From an uncultured Pseudomonadota bacterium (GTDB taxonomy: Bacteria > Oederibacteriota > Muellerivitia > Muellerivitales > Muellerivitaceae): DNA of 64,000 nt. Position 1 is the stretch's first letter. Every line of letters begins with the position of its first letter. The DNA lies in assembly GCA_963836235.1 (NCBI GenBank), contig CAWIIP010000002.1:1-64000 (forward strand), in the 5' to 3' direction. A program made the translations under genes and the position numbers. Shown piece after piece: positions 36,929-45,800 of the stretch. The notes under the pieces were generated by a model. It saw only the letters and a program-made list of their open reading frames with translations, searched no databases and was not told where the DNA came from.

Positions 36929-37912
36929 TCAATAGGGGCCCCGAATATGGGCCGCTACTTCTGTTTGATAAAATTCTTTTAGCTTCCGGTGTAGTTCCCC
37001 GGAAAGAGGCGGCAAGTCGCTGGCTTTCGCGTTTTCAACCGCCTGTTCCGGGTTTTTGGCGCCGGGAATAATCGTGGTCACTGCGTCGAAATCCAGGCAC
37101 CAGCGGTTTGCCATTTGGCTCAAGCTCATTCCCGACGGTACCATGGATTTCAATTTATCCGCCAGTTCAACACCCTTCTCAAAAGGGAGGCCCGCGAAAG
37201 TCTCCCCGACATTAAAAGCCTGACCGTCCCGGTTATAAGTCCGGTGATCCTGGGGAGAGAACTTCGTGTCCTTCTTGTATTTTCCCGCTAAAAGCCCACT
37301 GGCGAGGGATAAACGGATGATGAGGGATACCTTTTTCGCCTTGGCTTTCTCAAAAAGAACATCGATAGGTTTTTGGCGGAAGAGATTGAAAATGATTTGG
37401 AGGGACGCCAAACATTCTTGTTCCATGCAAAAAAGGCCTTCCTCCATGGATTCCACGCTGGCGCCAAAATTTTTGATCTTGCCTTCTTTTTTCAAAAGCC
37501 TCAGCCACTCGAACACTTCCCCGCGCTTCAAAACATCGAAAGGCGCGCAATGGAGTTGGGTCAAATCCAATGCTTCTAGACCCAACCTTTGGAGCGAATT
37601 TTCGGTGTGCTGGCGGAAAGCGTCCCAAGTAAAATTTTGAGGCCATCCGGGCTTTGAAAAACGGATGAGCTTGGTGGCGATAAAGACCTTGGACTTGGAT
37701 TGCTTCAGGAACTTCCCGATGATGCTTTCACTGCGGCCCATCCCATAAACATCCGCCGTATCAAAAAAATGTACCCCGGCCTCGACCGAAGCTTGAAGGG
37801 TCTTTAAAGCCGTGTCTTCCGACACTTCGCCCCAATCTCCCCCAAATTGCCAGGTTCCGACACCTACTTCCGAAACCTTGCTTCCCGTATCAGCGAATAG
37901 CCTTTGTTTCAT
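36929..37912 (-). CDS. Aldo/keto reductase
   Basis: GVGTWQFGGDWG, FFDTADVYGMGRSE, ATK, SLQRL, LQIIFNLFRQ, IIPGAK. Confidence 0.93.
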   Translation of the reverse strand: MKQRLFADTGSKVSEVGVGTWQFGGDWGEVSEDTALKTLQASVEAGVHFFDTADVYGMGRSESIIGKFLKQSKSKVFIATKLIRFSKPGWPQNFTWDAFRQHTENSLQRLGLEALDLTQLHCAPFDVLKRGEVFEWLRLLKKEGKIKNFGASVESMEEGLFCMEQECLASLQIIFNLFRQKPIDVLFEKAKAKKVSLIIRLSLASGLLAGKYKKDTKFSPQDHRTYNRDGQAFNVGETFAGLPFEKGVELADKLKSMVPSGMSLSQMANRWCLDFDAVTTIIPGAKNPEQAVENAKASDLPPLSGELHRKLKEFYQTEVAAHIRGPY

Positions 37913-37954
37913 GTTGATAAGCCTTCTTCCATTCCCCTTCAAGGGAACAGCCTT

Positions 37955-39283
37955 TCATTGGTTTGCGGACCTGACCACTATAATTTTATTTAACTCCCGC
38001 CCATCCTTCGAGTAAATCGCGAAATAAGAGCCCAAGGGTACATCATGCCCTTGGTCATCTTTTCCATCCCACTCGACCCAGGCATCGGCTTGGGCCACGA
38101 CTTTCTTTTCGAACAAGTTCCGCAAGGGATGTAGCGCGCCATCAAAAACCTCCAACCGATAAATCCCTGGCCCATCGGCGAAACTGATGTAAATATTAGC
38201 AGGCGGTTCCCCGAAGACAATGGTTTCGGCCTGTTGGCCCGTTGCTTCCTGGGTAAAAGAAGAGGTCGGAGTGGGTAAAAAGAGGTTTTCTTGCACTGCG
38301 GGAGCATTGACCACAACGGGCTCGGCGACGTCCCTGGGCGCGAATTCAAATGTGGGCGTCGGCTTTGGCCTGGCTTTTTTCCGGCGCGTTGGGGGCTTGG
38401 GTATGGCTGGCCTTGGAAACACCGGTGTCGAAGTGACGATCGGCCAGCTGGGCGGCAACTGGGTCGGCAAGGGTGATGGCCGCCACTGCGGGACGACTTC
38501 GGGTATCTTTGTCGGAACCGGCATCGGAGCCAACCAGGACGAAACCGTCGCGGTCGGTAGGGGTTCCTCCCTTACCACCTTTCGGGCCAGTGGGACCGGA
38601 GCCATCTCGGCCACTGTTTGCGGAGCGCAATAAGGATTAGGCCCGATATCCAAATAAATCTTTCTACGGTAGAGATGTCTCTCTCCGGGATATTGAGACC
38701 TTGAGCTAGTACCCGTGGCCGAAAGAAATTGGGCCGCCAAATTTGTTTCGGGGTCGGTCAATAGGGCCAGATTCGGTATAGATGTTCCAGTGCTTTGCGC
38801 TTCGAGCCAGCCACTGTCGTCAAAAGCCAGCTTCCGCCAGCCCCGTGGCTCGGCCTCCATCCGGTTCGGGATATAGGCCGATCTATGGTCGGCCAGGTCG
38901 TTGCTGGAAAGGGTTAATTCCGCGCCATTCGAAAAACGAAGCCGAAGGATATAGGCAAGTCCAACCCGGTCGTCGACAGGTTGCGGAACCTTGTAGGCGT
39001 CCTGATTCTCTATGGCTAATATGTTTTCCCTTTGGAAATAACATAAGTGTTGGGGGGTACATATAATTTTTTGGAGTCCCGTGGAGTCGGGAGTTCTGCG
39101 GAGGCTATCCACGATTTGAATGTCGTTTAGCCAAATATCGGCCCAATCATCGACGGAAATATATATCGTGGCTCCGGTTAGGTATGGGCGCTGATCTTGC
39201 GAATAGGCCGGTAAGGCAAGGAATATCCCGACAAGTACCCGTGCAAATACGGCATAACTCCGAAGCTTTCTCATCCTCATCAA
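37955..39283 (-). CDS. Exported protein: beta-sandwich/lectin-like domain, Pro/Thr-rich linker, C-terminal FlgD-Ig-like domain
   Basis: Signal peptide; ISVDDWADIWLN, W....FDDSGW; PTPT linkers; EVFDG...RNL...WDGKDDQGHDVPLGSY. Confidence 0.65.
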   Translation of the reverse strand: MMRMRKLRSYAVFARVLVGIFLALPAYSQDQRPYLTGATIYISVDDWADIWLNDIQIVDSLRRTPDSTGLQKIICTPQHLCYFQRENILAIENQDAYKVPQPVDDRVGLAYILRLRFSNGAELTLSSNDLADHRSAYIPNRMEAEPRGWRKLAFDDSGWLEAQSTGTSIPNLALLTDPETNLAAQFLSATGTSSRSQYPGERHLYRRKIYLDIGPNPYCAPQTVAEMAPVPLARKVVREEPLPTATVSSWLAPMPVPTKIPEVVPQWRPSPLPTQLPPSWPIVTSTPVFPRPAIPKPPTRRKKARPKPTPTFEFAPRDVAEPVVVNAPAVQENLFLPTPTSSFTQEATGQQAETIVFGEPPANIYISFADGPGIYRLEVFDGALHPLRNLFEKKVVAQADAWVEWDGKDDQGHDVPLGSYFAIYSKDGRELNKIIVVRSANQ

Positions 39284-40221
39284 GTCAATTCATTGCGGTG
39301 TCTTTGGACGTAAAAAGCCACCTCTGCCCCGAATAAGATGACAGTCCAGGAAAGAAAAAACCAAATCAGGATCACCGGGACCATCCAGAGGGCTCCGTAA
39401 ACGTGGGAACGCTCCAACACTTTCAAGGTATACCAATTCATCGCCCATCGGGCCGTTTGCAAAAGGGCCGCCACCAGCAAGCCTGTCAAGATGGCGGATT
39501 TATGCTCCACTTCGGTATTGGGTATCCAGATATACATCCAAGCGCAGGCCGACCAAAGAAGGACAAAGGGTATCACCGTTGAGAAAAGCCAATGGTGGAC
39601 GGAAGGGTGGAGGATATTCCAACTTCCCACCCATCCTTTCAAGGTCAAAAGAAGAAGGGCCAATAGCGGCATTCCAACGAAAAAAGTGGCGTGACGAATC
39701 ATTTGGTCGATTACAGGCCTTCCTTTTTCAACGCCCCAAAGCAAATTGAAAGAATTTTCAACATCTCTCATCAGGAAAAACACAATGGCCAGGAAGCCCA
39801 TGAAGCCAATAATCCCGGCCTTTTGGGAATAGAGCGCGAATTTTTTGACTGACAGGCGGATCTGCTGCTTCCCCACCTGGTTCAATTCCTCGAGGTTTTT
39901 CGGTTCGTCGGGGTCCAGGAAGGAATTGGTGGTTTCGGTCTGGACGGGATAAATGGCGTCTACAATCTGGTCAAGAAGCTGTTCCCTCTTTTGGCTGAAG
40001 GCGTCGCTGGAGAGGACCGCCATGATAATGGCCAACGCCGGTACCAAGGCCAAGAGAGTCTGAAAGGCAAGCGACCTGGCGTAAAGGCGCTTGTGTCCTC
40101 GGGTGCGATCATTATTTTTCCGCAATACCTGCCCGGTGGCCCAAAGGACGGCTTTAAAGTCCCCCCATATACCCTTAGAGGGTTGTTGCCGAAGCCGGTG
40201 ATGTCCGTAAAAATGGGCCAA
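39280..40221 (-). CDS. YihY/BrkB-family membrane protein
   Basis: SLAFQTLLALVP.LA, E.SFN.LWGV, Y.WIPN, YGAL..VPVIL.W.FLSW..ILFGAE. Confidence 0.9.
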   Translation of the reverse strand: MAHFYGHHRLRQQPSKGIWGDFKAVLWATGQVLRKNNDRTRGHKRLYARSLAFQTLLALVPALAIIMAVLSSDAFSQKREQLLDQIVDAIYPVQTETTNSFLDPDEPKNLEELNQVGKQQIRLSVKKFALYSQKAGIIGFMGFLAIVFFLMRDVENSFNLLWGVEKGRPVIDQMIRHATFFVGMPLLALLLLTLKGWVGSWNILHPSVHHWLFSTVIPFVLLWSACAWMYIWIPNTEVEHKSAILTGLLVAALLQTARWAMNWYTLKVLERSHVYGALWMVPVILIWFFLSWTVILFGAEVAFYVQRHRNELT

Positions 40222-40275
40222 AATCTCTCCCTAGAGATTAGAATATGGCCCATTGTAAGCAAAAAAAGGCGGTCC

Positions 40276-40920
40276 ATGAAGAATATCCCCCATCTCGATT
40301 CACGTCCTCCAAAGACCCTTCCTTTGCGTTATTCGACTCCGCCCAAATGGGCAGACCAAGTCCTGAAGGAACCCCTCGCCCTTCTTTCAGATCAAGCCTA
40401 CCTGGAAAAGAAGGCCGCCAATAATGCCTTGGAGTTCATGAACCTCTGGCCCACAGCCGAAGCCCCTCTCAATTGGCTTTCTTCGATTGCCACCATTGCT
40501 CAGGATGAAACCTCTCATTTAAGAATGGTTTTGAGACTCTTGGAAAAACGGGGCGGAAAGCTGGAACGATCCCACAAAAACCAATATGCCCTGGACTTGC
40601 GGCAATGCATCCGCAAAGGCAAGGGCCAGCAAGACTTGGCCGACCGCCTGCTGGTTTCGGCTTTGATCGAGGCACGATCTTGTGAAAGGTTTGAACGGCT
40701 AGTGGAGGCAGGAACCGACGCTGAATTGTCGAAGTTCTACGCAGGTTTAATCGAATCCGAAAACGGCCACTATCAGTTATTCGTGGATATGGCGAAGAAG
40801 GTCTTGCCCGCCAAGGAAGTTAAAAATCGTTGGGATAAGTTGCTGGATATCGAAGCCGAAATCATCCAGGCCCAACCACCCGGACATCGGATTCACAGCG
40901 GGGTTTCTGGAGCTTGGTAG
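40276..40920 (+). CDS. miaE: tRNA ms2i6A37 hydroxylase (ferritin-like)
   Basis: L.Y.TP..W, LEKKAANNAL, DE..H, DRLLVSALIEARSCERF, FY..L..SE.GH, RIHS. Confidence 0.85.
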   Translation: MKNIPHLDSRPPKTLPLRYSTPPKWADQVLKEPLALLSDQAYLEKKAANNALEFMNLWPTAEAPLNWLSSIATIAQDETSHLRMVLRLLEKRGGKLERSHKNQYALDLRQCIRKGKGQQDLADRLLVSALIEARSCERFERLVEAGTDAELSKFYAGLIESENGHYQLFVDMAKKVLPAKEVKNRWDKLLDIEAEIIQAQPPGHRIHSGVSGAW

Positions 40921-41059
40921 AATAATATACCAATATCAGATACTTACTTAGTTGATCCACATCAGAAATGGAAAAAGACAGGATAAAAATAATTAAAGAT
41001 GATTTCTTAAAAAGGACACTAAGCAGCTCAATCTAAAATTTAGAAAACCAAAGGCACTT

Positions 41060-42262
41060 ATGATTATCAGAAAAGTAATGTTATTGCTTACTGTTTACTT
41101 TTTTTCATCGCTTACATTCGCCGATAACAACGGCTTCAATTTCTTGAGCATTTCTAATAATCCATACACTTATGATGGCGGCACATTGGCTGTCACAATC
41201 AAGGTAAGCAGATTAAAAGAGGACTACGAAGGTTTAGACTTGAACCTAGAGTCTATTTTTGATTTCCAATATTTTGATGTGGTTTCGGATGATTCTTCTA
41301 GCTCCGTTCTAAAAATAGCAGCTCACAACTTTAAAATTCATTTCAACCTAAAAAATAATATAAAAATTATCCAAAACGGGAGCAACGATTCTTCACATTC
41401 AAAAGAAGTTAAATTCACATTTAAAATTCTCCCTCATGCTGGGTTTAGTTATTCGATCAATTGCACCGCAGCTTTATTGGGAAGCAACAAAAAAACCGAA
41501 ACCGTCATTTACGGTCCTTCTCGATTTTCCTTTTACAACCTCGATCCTTCTTTCAAAGGTTTTTTCGAAAAAGCTCTTGTAGATGCCCGTGAAGAAGTTT
41601 GGAACAATATTTTAAAAACCATGTGGTTAGATAAAAAAAACTTAAATCTGGCCTTTATTAAAGAAAACTATCCTCTCAAAAACTTCGATGTTCTTGTTGG
41701 GAACTTAAAAGGAAAGGGCAATGATCAACTCATACTTAACCTCGGTAGTTATTTAGGAATGGGTGGTTCCAAATACGGCGTTTTCGTTTTCGATTTTGAT
41801 AAAACCGGATATAAAAAAATATTTTCAAAACTCGGTTACGAAGTTTCCACACAGGTAATAACGTGGAGCGGTAAAACGGGCTTATTAGTTTGGGATAGTG
41901 AATATGACGGTAAAGATTCTAATGCCCAATTACTTTTATACAAAGATGGCCAAATTGTTCCGGTTCTCGATTACGCTTTTTCGAATTGTATTGTTCACGT
42001 TGGTTGTAGTTTCAGAACATTTCTTGACGACAGAAACAATAAGTTGTACTTGTACAAGATGAACGGCCAGAACGATGGGGATGGCCACATTGGTTGTTAT
42101 TCAATTAAAAAACAACCTCTTCTTTGGGACGAAAAAAATTTCAAATTTGATCCGGGCGCAGAAACAATCGTAAGTAAAGAGGATTTAGATTCGCTTAAGA
42201 AGTCCTATGCTAATTCAGCTAACGATTTGGCCTGGATAGAAATTTGTCCCAATGGCAAATGA
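41060..42262 (+). CDS. AT-rich exported hypothetical protein
   Basis: 400-aa ORF with signal peptide; DNA visibly more AT-rich than the flanks; no family recognised. Confidence 0.75.
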   Translation: MIIRKVMLLLTVYFFSSLTFADNNGFNFLSISNNPYTYDGGTLAVTIKVSRLKEDYEGLDLNLESIFDFQYFDVVSDDSSSSVLKIAAHNFKIHFNLKNNIKIIQNGSNDSSHSKEVKFTFKILPHAGFSYSINCTAALLGSNKKTETVIYGPSRFSFYNLDPSFKGFFEKALVDAREEVWNNILKTMWLDKKNLNLAFIKENYPLKNFDVLVGNLKGKGNDQLILNLGSYLGMGGSKYGVFVFDFDKTGYKKIFSKLGYEVSTQVITWSGKTGLLVWDSEYDGKDSNAQLLLYKDGQIVPVLDYAFSNCIVHVGCSFRTFLDDRNNKLYLYKMNGQNDGDGHIGCYSIKKQPLLWDEKNFKFDPGAETIVSKEDLDSLKKSYANSANDLAWIEICPNGK

Positions 42263-42318
42263 GGAAGTTATCTGTTTTTCCAAATGTAACCCGGATCACT
42301 TGCCAAAAAGACTGGCCC

Positions 42319-42951
42319 TCAGTGATAAGCTTTTTCCAAAGCGTTCACAAAAGTTTTCACATCCTGTGCGCCCGATATTACGAACTTGTCGTTAAAAACA
42401 AAAAATGGGACCCCATTGACACCAATATCATAGGCCTTTTCCTCCGCCCCTCTCACCTCTTCCTCAAATTCATTCCCTTTTAAAAGTTTCTCTACCTTGG
42501 CCTTGTCCAACCCAGCGGAAACAGCCACTTCCACCAGAGTCTTGGTATCCCCCAGGTCCCTACCCTCGGTGAAATAGGCCTTAAAGAAAGCGTTATGGGC
42601 CGCATTACCCTTCCCTTCCTTTTCCGCCAACCAAAGAATCCGGTGGGCGTTAAAGGTGTTGGGGGTTCTTTCAATATCATCAAACCGATAATCAATTCCC
42701 GATTCTTTGCCAAGAGCCGTCAACCGGGCATGGGCTTGGTCCAGCACATGGGTTCCCCCAAACTTTTCGGCCAGGTGCTTTTTGTGGTCCAATCCTTCGG
42801 CTGGAGTAGCCGGATTCAATTCATAGGGTAAAAAGTGGACTTCGGCCTCGGCTTTCTTCCCTGAAGCTTCCAAGGCCTCTTCCAGCCGCTTCTTCCCCAA
42901 ATAGCACCAGGGGCAAATCACATCTGAATAAACGTCGATCTTTAAGCTCAT
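42319..42951 (-). CDS. DsbA-family (FrnE-like) oxidoreductase
   Basis: SDVICPWCYLGK, PYELNP, NTFNAHR, GVPFFVF, ISGAQ. Confidence 0.93.
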   Translation of the reverse strand: MSLKIDVYSDVICPWCYLGKKRLEEALEASGKKAEAEVHFLPYELNPATPAEGLDHKKHLAEKFGGTHVLDQAHARLTALGKESGIDYRFDDIERTPNTFNAHRILWLAEKEGKGNAAHNAFFKAYFTEGRDLGDTKTLVEVAVSAGLDKAKVEKLLKGNEFEEEVRGAEEKAYDIGVNGVPFFVFNDKFVISGAQDVKTFVNALEKAYH

Positions 42952-43044
42952 GGCTTTCTCCTTGCTTGACCCAAGATATGGTTTTTCCCTTGGGGAAATA
43001 AGCCCTTCTCTGATTTTTTGAGTTACCCCGGATATACTGGGGCC

Positions 43045-43449
43045 ATGAAAACATTAAAAATTCAAACCTCCGAGCGGGAACACATTCGGGATATTACTTC
43101 CCACATCCGTGAATGGGTGGCTAAAGGGGGTTACGAATCCGGTCTTTTGGCGGTCTATTGCCCCCATACCACCGCCGCCATAACCATCAATGAAAATGCC
43201 GATCCTGACGTGAAACGGGACATTCTATTTCACCTCAAAAAAACAATTCCTCAATCGCCGGAATTCAAGCATTTCGAGGATAACGCAGATGCCCATATCA
43301 AATCGGTTCTAATCGGATTCTCTTTGGCCCTTATCGTGGAAAAAGGAGAGATTTTACTGGGCCGCTGGCAGGGAATTTACTTTTGTGAGTTCGACGGACC
43401 GAAAGAGCGAGAAGTTTGGCTCAAGTTTATCGGCGGCAAAGACCCCTAA
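43045..43449 (+). CDS. yjbQ: YjbQ/UPF0047 protein (secondary thiamine-phosphate synthase family)
   Basis: PHTTAAITINENADPDV, H.EDNADAHIK, LGRWQGIYFCEFDGP. Confidence 0.93.
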   Translation: MKTLKIQTSEREHIRDITSHIREWVAKGGYESGLLAVYCPHTTAAITINENADPDVKRDILFHLKKTIPQSPEFKHFEDNADAHIKSVLIGFSLALIVEKGEILLGRWQGIYFCEFDGPKEREVWLKFIGGKDP

Positions 43450-44393
43450 CCGCCCTCTTTCTCGAATTCCTCTTCGAGACTGAAGTAGCGCTCGCCCATA
43501 TCACAGCAAATAGTTACGATTCGGGCTTCCGGGCCTAATGTCTTGGAAAGTTTCAAGGCCGCGGCCACATTGGCGCCGGAGGAAATCCCCAAAAGCAAGC
43601 CTTCTTCACGAGCCAAGCGCTTCGTCATTCGGTAGGCTTCCAAGTCTTCAATTTGAATGAGTTCATCTATTACTGACCGGTTCAAAACAGATGGTACAAA
43701 CCCGGCGCCGATGCCTTGGATGCGATGGACCCCCGCTTTTCCACCCGAAAGCACCGCCGAGGAAGCAGGCTCCACCCCGACGATTTTGATTTTCGGGTTC
43801 TTGGCCTTGAAATATTCCCCTACCCCGGTGATGGTCCCGCCGGTACCGATACCCGCCACGAAAGCGTCCAATTTTCCTTCGGTATCCTTTTCGATTTCCG
43901 GCGCCGTAGTCCTTTTGTGGGCTTCAGGGTTAGCCCGGTTGGCGAACTGTTCGGGCATAAAATATTCGGGATGCTGTTTCTTGATTTCCTGGGCCTTGCG
44001 GACCGCTTCCGCCATCAATCCCTTGGCCGGGGTTAAAACCAGTTCCGCCCCATAGGCCTTCAAAAGAACTCGCCGCTCCTGGCTCATATCCTCAGGCATC
44101 ACGAGAATCAGCTTATATCCTCTTTGAGCGCAAACCAGGGCCAAGCCGATTCCAGTATTGCCGCTGGTGGGTTCCACCAAGGTTCCACCGGGCTTCAATA
44201 AACCCCGGTGCTCCGCGTCGTCGATCATGGCCAGGGCGATACGGTCTTTCACACTACCGCCCGGATTATAAAATTCCAATTTGCAAAGGATTTGGGCCCG
44301 GCCCTTTTCCGGAATGGCTTGAAGTTTTAAAAGAGGCGTGTTTCCAATGATTTCGGTAATGTTGGAAGCCAGGGGATACCGGTTATAGGTCAT
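43446..44393 (-). CDS. cysK: Cysteine synthase A
   Basis: IGNTPL, KLEFYNPGGSVKDR, EPTSGNTGIGLA, GIGTGGTITG, HRIQGIGAGF, GISSGAN, D.GERY.S. Confidence 0.95.
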   Translation of the reverse strand: MTYNRYPLASNITEIIGNTPLLKLQAIPEKGRAQILCKLEFYNPGGSVKDRIALAMIDDAEHRGLLKPGGTLVEPTSGNTGIGLALVCAQRGYKLILVMPEDMSQERRVLLKAYGAELVLTPAKGLMAEAVRKAQEIKKQHPEYFMPEQFANRANPEAHKRTTAPEIEKDTEGKLDAFVAGIGTGGTITGVGEYFKAKNPKIKIVGVEPASSAVLSGGKAGVHRIQGIGAGFVPSVLNRSVIDELIQIEDLEAYRMTKRLAREEGLLLGISSGANVAAALKLSKTLGPEARIVTICCDMGERYFSLEEEFEKEGG

Positions 44394-45058
44394 GGAGTGA
44401 CGACCGCACCCTCTTCCAATAGCCGGGCGGGGCATTTATAAGTCGGCTGGACTTCATGATGATAAGACACGCCCGAATCCAAGGAAGTAATCCAAACCTT
44501 GCCTTCCAAAGGCGACTGCCCCTTCAATATCCATTGAAGGGCTTCGGAAGCGGCCATCGCCCCCATCAGGCGTTGCACGGATGGCTGTCCCTTCGTGAAA
44601 GCTTTTGGATTCATGATTTCAAAACATTCCAAACAAGGACATTGGCCGCCTTGATGGCGAATAGCCAAGAGAGCGAATCCGCTTCCGGCCGGCCAAGCAT
44701 ATAGGGCGGGTTTAGCTTGGTGTCTCAGCCAACGGCTCAGACGCCGTCGGGCTTCTTTATTCTCAGTGGAAACCACCGTAAGGGACGCATTTGGTAGATA
44801 CTCAAACTCCTCGGGCAGAACGTCCACTTGCAGGTTTGGAAATTGGGATGTCAGCGCAAAGGATTCGAAATTTCCATAAGAAAGGACAAAAAGTTTGGAG
44901 ATGCCTACCGAGGCCAAGGCGGTGGCGGCAGACTGGAGGGCAATGCCTTCTCCTACCAACAACACGGAAGATTCCAACCATTTTTTCTGGCCTTCCGGCC
45001 CAACCGAGGAAAGGATAACCTGCCGGGAAAACCGGTCTTGGCTATTCGATGTCGGCAT
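44390..45058 (-). CDS. Degenerate ThiF/MoeB-like protein (keeps RFSRQ, lacks the ATP-binding motifs)
   Basis: DRFSRQVIL..VG.EGQKK, then VGEGIA instead of GxGGLG, no DxDxVxxSNLxRQ segment; CLEC and MGAMAASEAL retained. Confidence 0.75.
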   Translation of the reverse strand: MPTSNSQDRFSRQVILSSVGPEGQKKWLESSVLLVGEGIALQSAATALASVGISKLFVLSYGNFESFALTSQFPNLQVDVLPEEFEYLPNASLTVVSTENKEARRRLSRWLRHQAKPALYAWPAGSGFALLAIRHQGGQCPCLECFEIMNPKAFTKGQPSVQRLMGAMAASEALQWILKGQSPLEGKVWITSLDSGVSYHHEVQPTYKCPARLLEEGAVVTP

Positions 45059-45063
45059 CCAGC

Positions 45064-45309
45064 TTACTCGACGATATCTTTGACGATTGGATTGACGTCG
45101 ATACCCTGTTTGGTGAGATCGTCCAATGCTTTTTTGACTTCCGGCTCTTCGCCCTCGATTTCCATTTGAACATAGCCAAAGCCCTTGGTAATGGAGGCCC
45201 GGCGGATGTTCACCGTAATTCCATATTTTTTTATGGTATTGGAAAGAACCGGTTGGGTGACAAGCTCGGTAGGATAATCCAGTTCAACAAGTTTCTTGAT
45301 GGCCGCCAT
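45064..45309 (-). CDS. NIL-domain protein
   Basis: L.YP..LV.QPV...I.K.Y.ITVNIRRASI....G...EIEG, G..V.PI..DIVE. Confidence 0.85.
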   Translation of the reverse strand: MAAIKKLVELDYPTELVTQPVLSNTIKKYGITVNIRRASITKGFGYVQMEIEGEEPEVKKALDDLTKQGIDVNPIVKDIVE

Positions 45310-45346
45310 GAAAATAATCTCCCAAGGAATTTAAAAATAAGACAAA

Positions 45347-45637
45347 TTAAGAATTCGGATGAATCCCACCGGCGATGGCTGGCACAATGGAAACTTGGTC
45401 ACCCGCCTTGACCATCGTGGCTTCCCCTTGCAGGAAACGGATGTCTTCTTCGTTGAGATAGATATTCACGAACCGGCGGATTTTTCCGTTTTCGTCGCAG
45501 AGGCGGTCTTTTAAACCGTTGTAGTTCTTTCCCAAATCGTTGATAAGGTCCGCAATCGTTGCGCCATCGGCGTTAACTTCAGCCTGGTTGTTGGTCAGAT
45601 TCCGTAAGGGAGTCGGGATCAATACTTTCGCTGCCAT
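45347..45637 (-). CDS. MoaD/ThiS/CysO-type ubiquitin-like sulfur carrier with a C-terminal extension
   Basis: VLIPTPLR.LT, RRFVNIYLNEEDIRFL, IVPAIAGG followed by IHPNS*; RBS AGGAGG. Confidence 0.92.
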   Translation of the reverse strand: MAAKVLIPTPLRNLTNNQAEVNADGATIADLINDLGKNYNGLKDRLCDENGKIRRFVNIYLNEEDIRFLQGEATMVKAGDQVSIVPAIAGGIHPNS

Positions 45638-45800
45638 AAAAATTCCTCCTGAAACGAATGGGTAAGCTGGATTATGACTGAAATGACCGTCGGATTTCCA
45701 GCCATTTTTCATTTAACCGGGTGCGGACTCAGCCACCGGTTCTAAGTAAACTCTCTATCGCCTTATCAGCCATGGTTTGAAATCATCGAAAATTTGTTGG

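Noticed and set aside
45660-45745. TPP or Moco riboswitch upstream of the sulfur carrier
   Set aside because: Only scattered similarity (GCUGAG, ACCCG, UAAUCCAGC); the conserved CCUGAU and GCGUAGGGA elements are absent.
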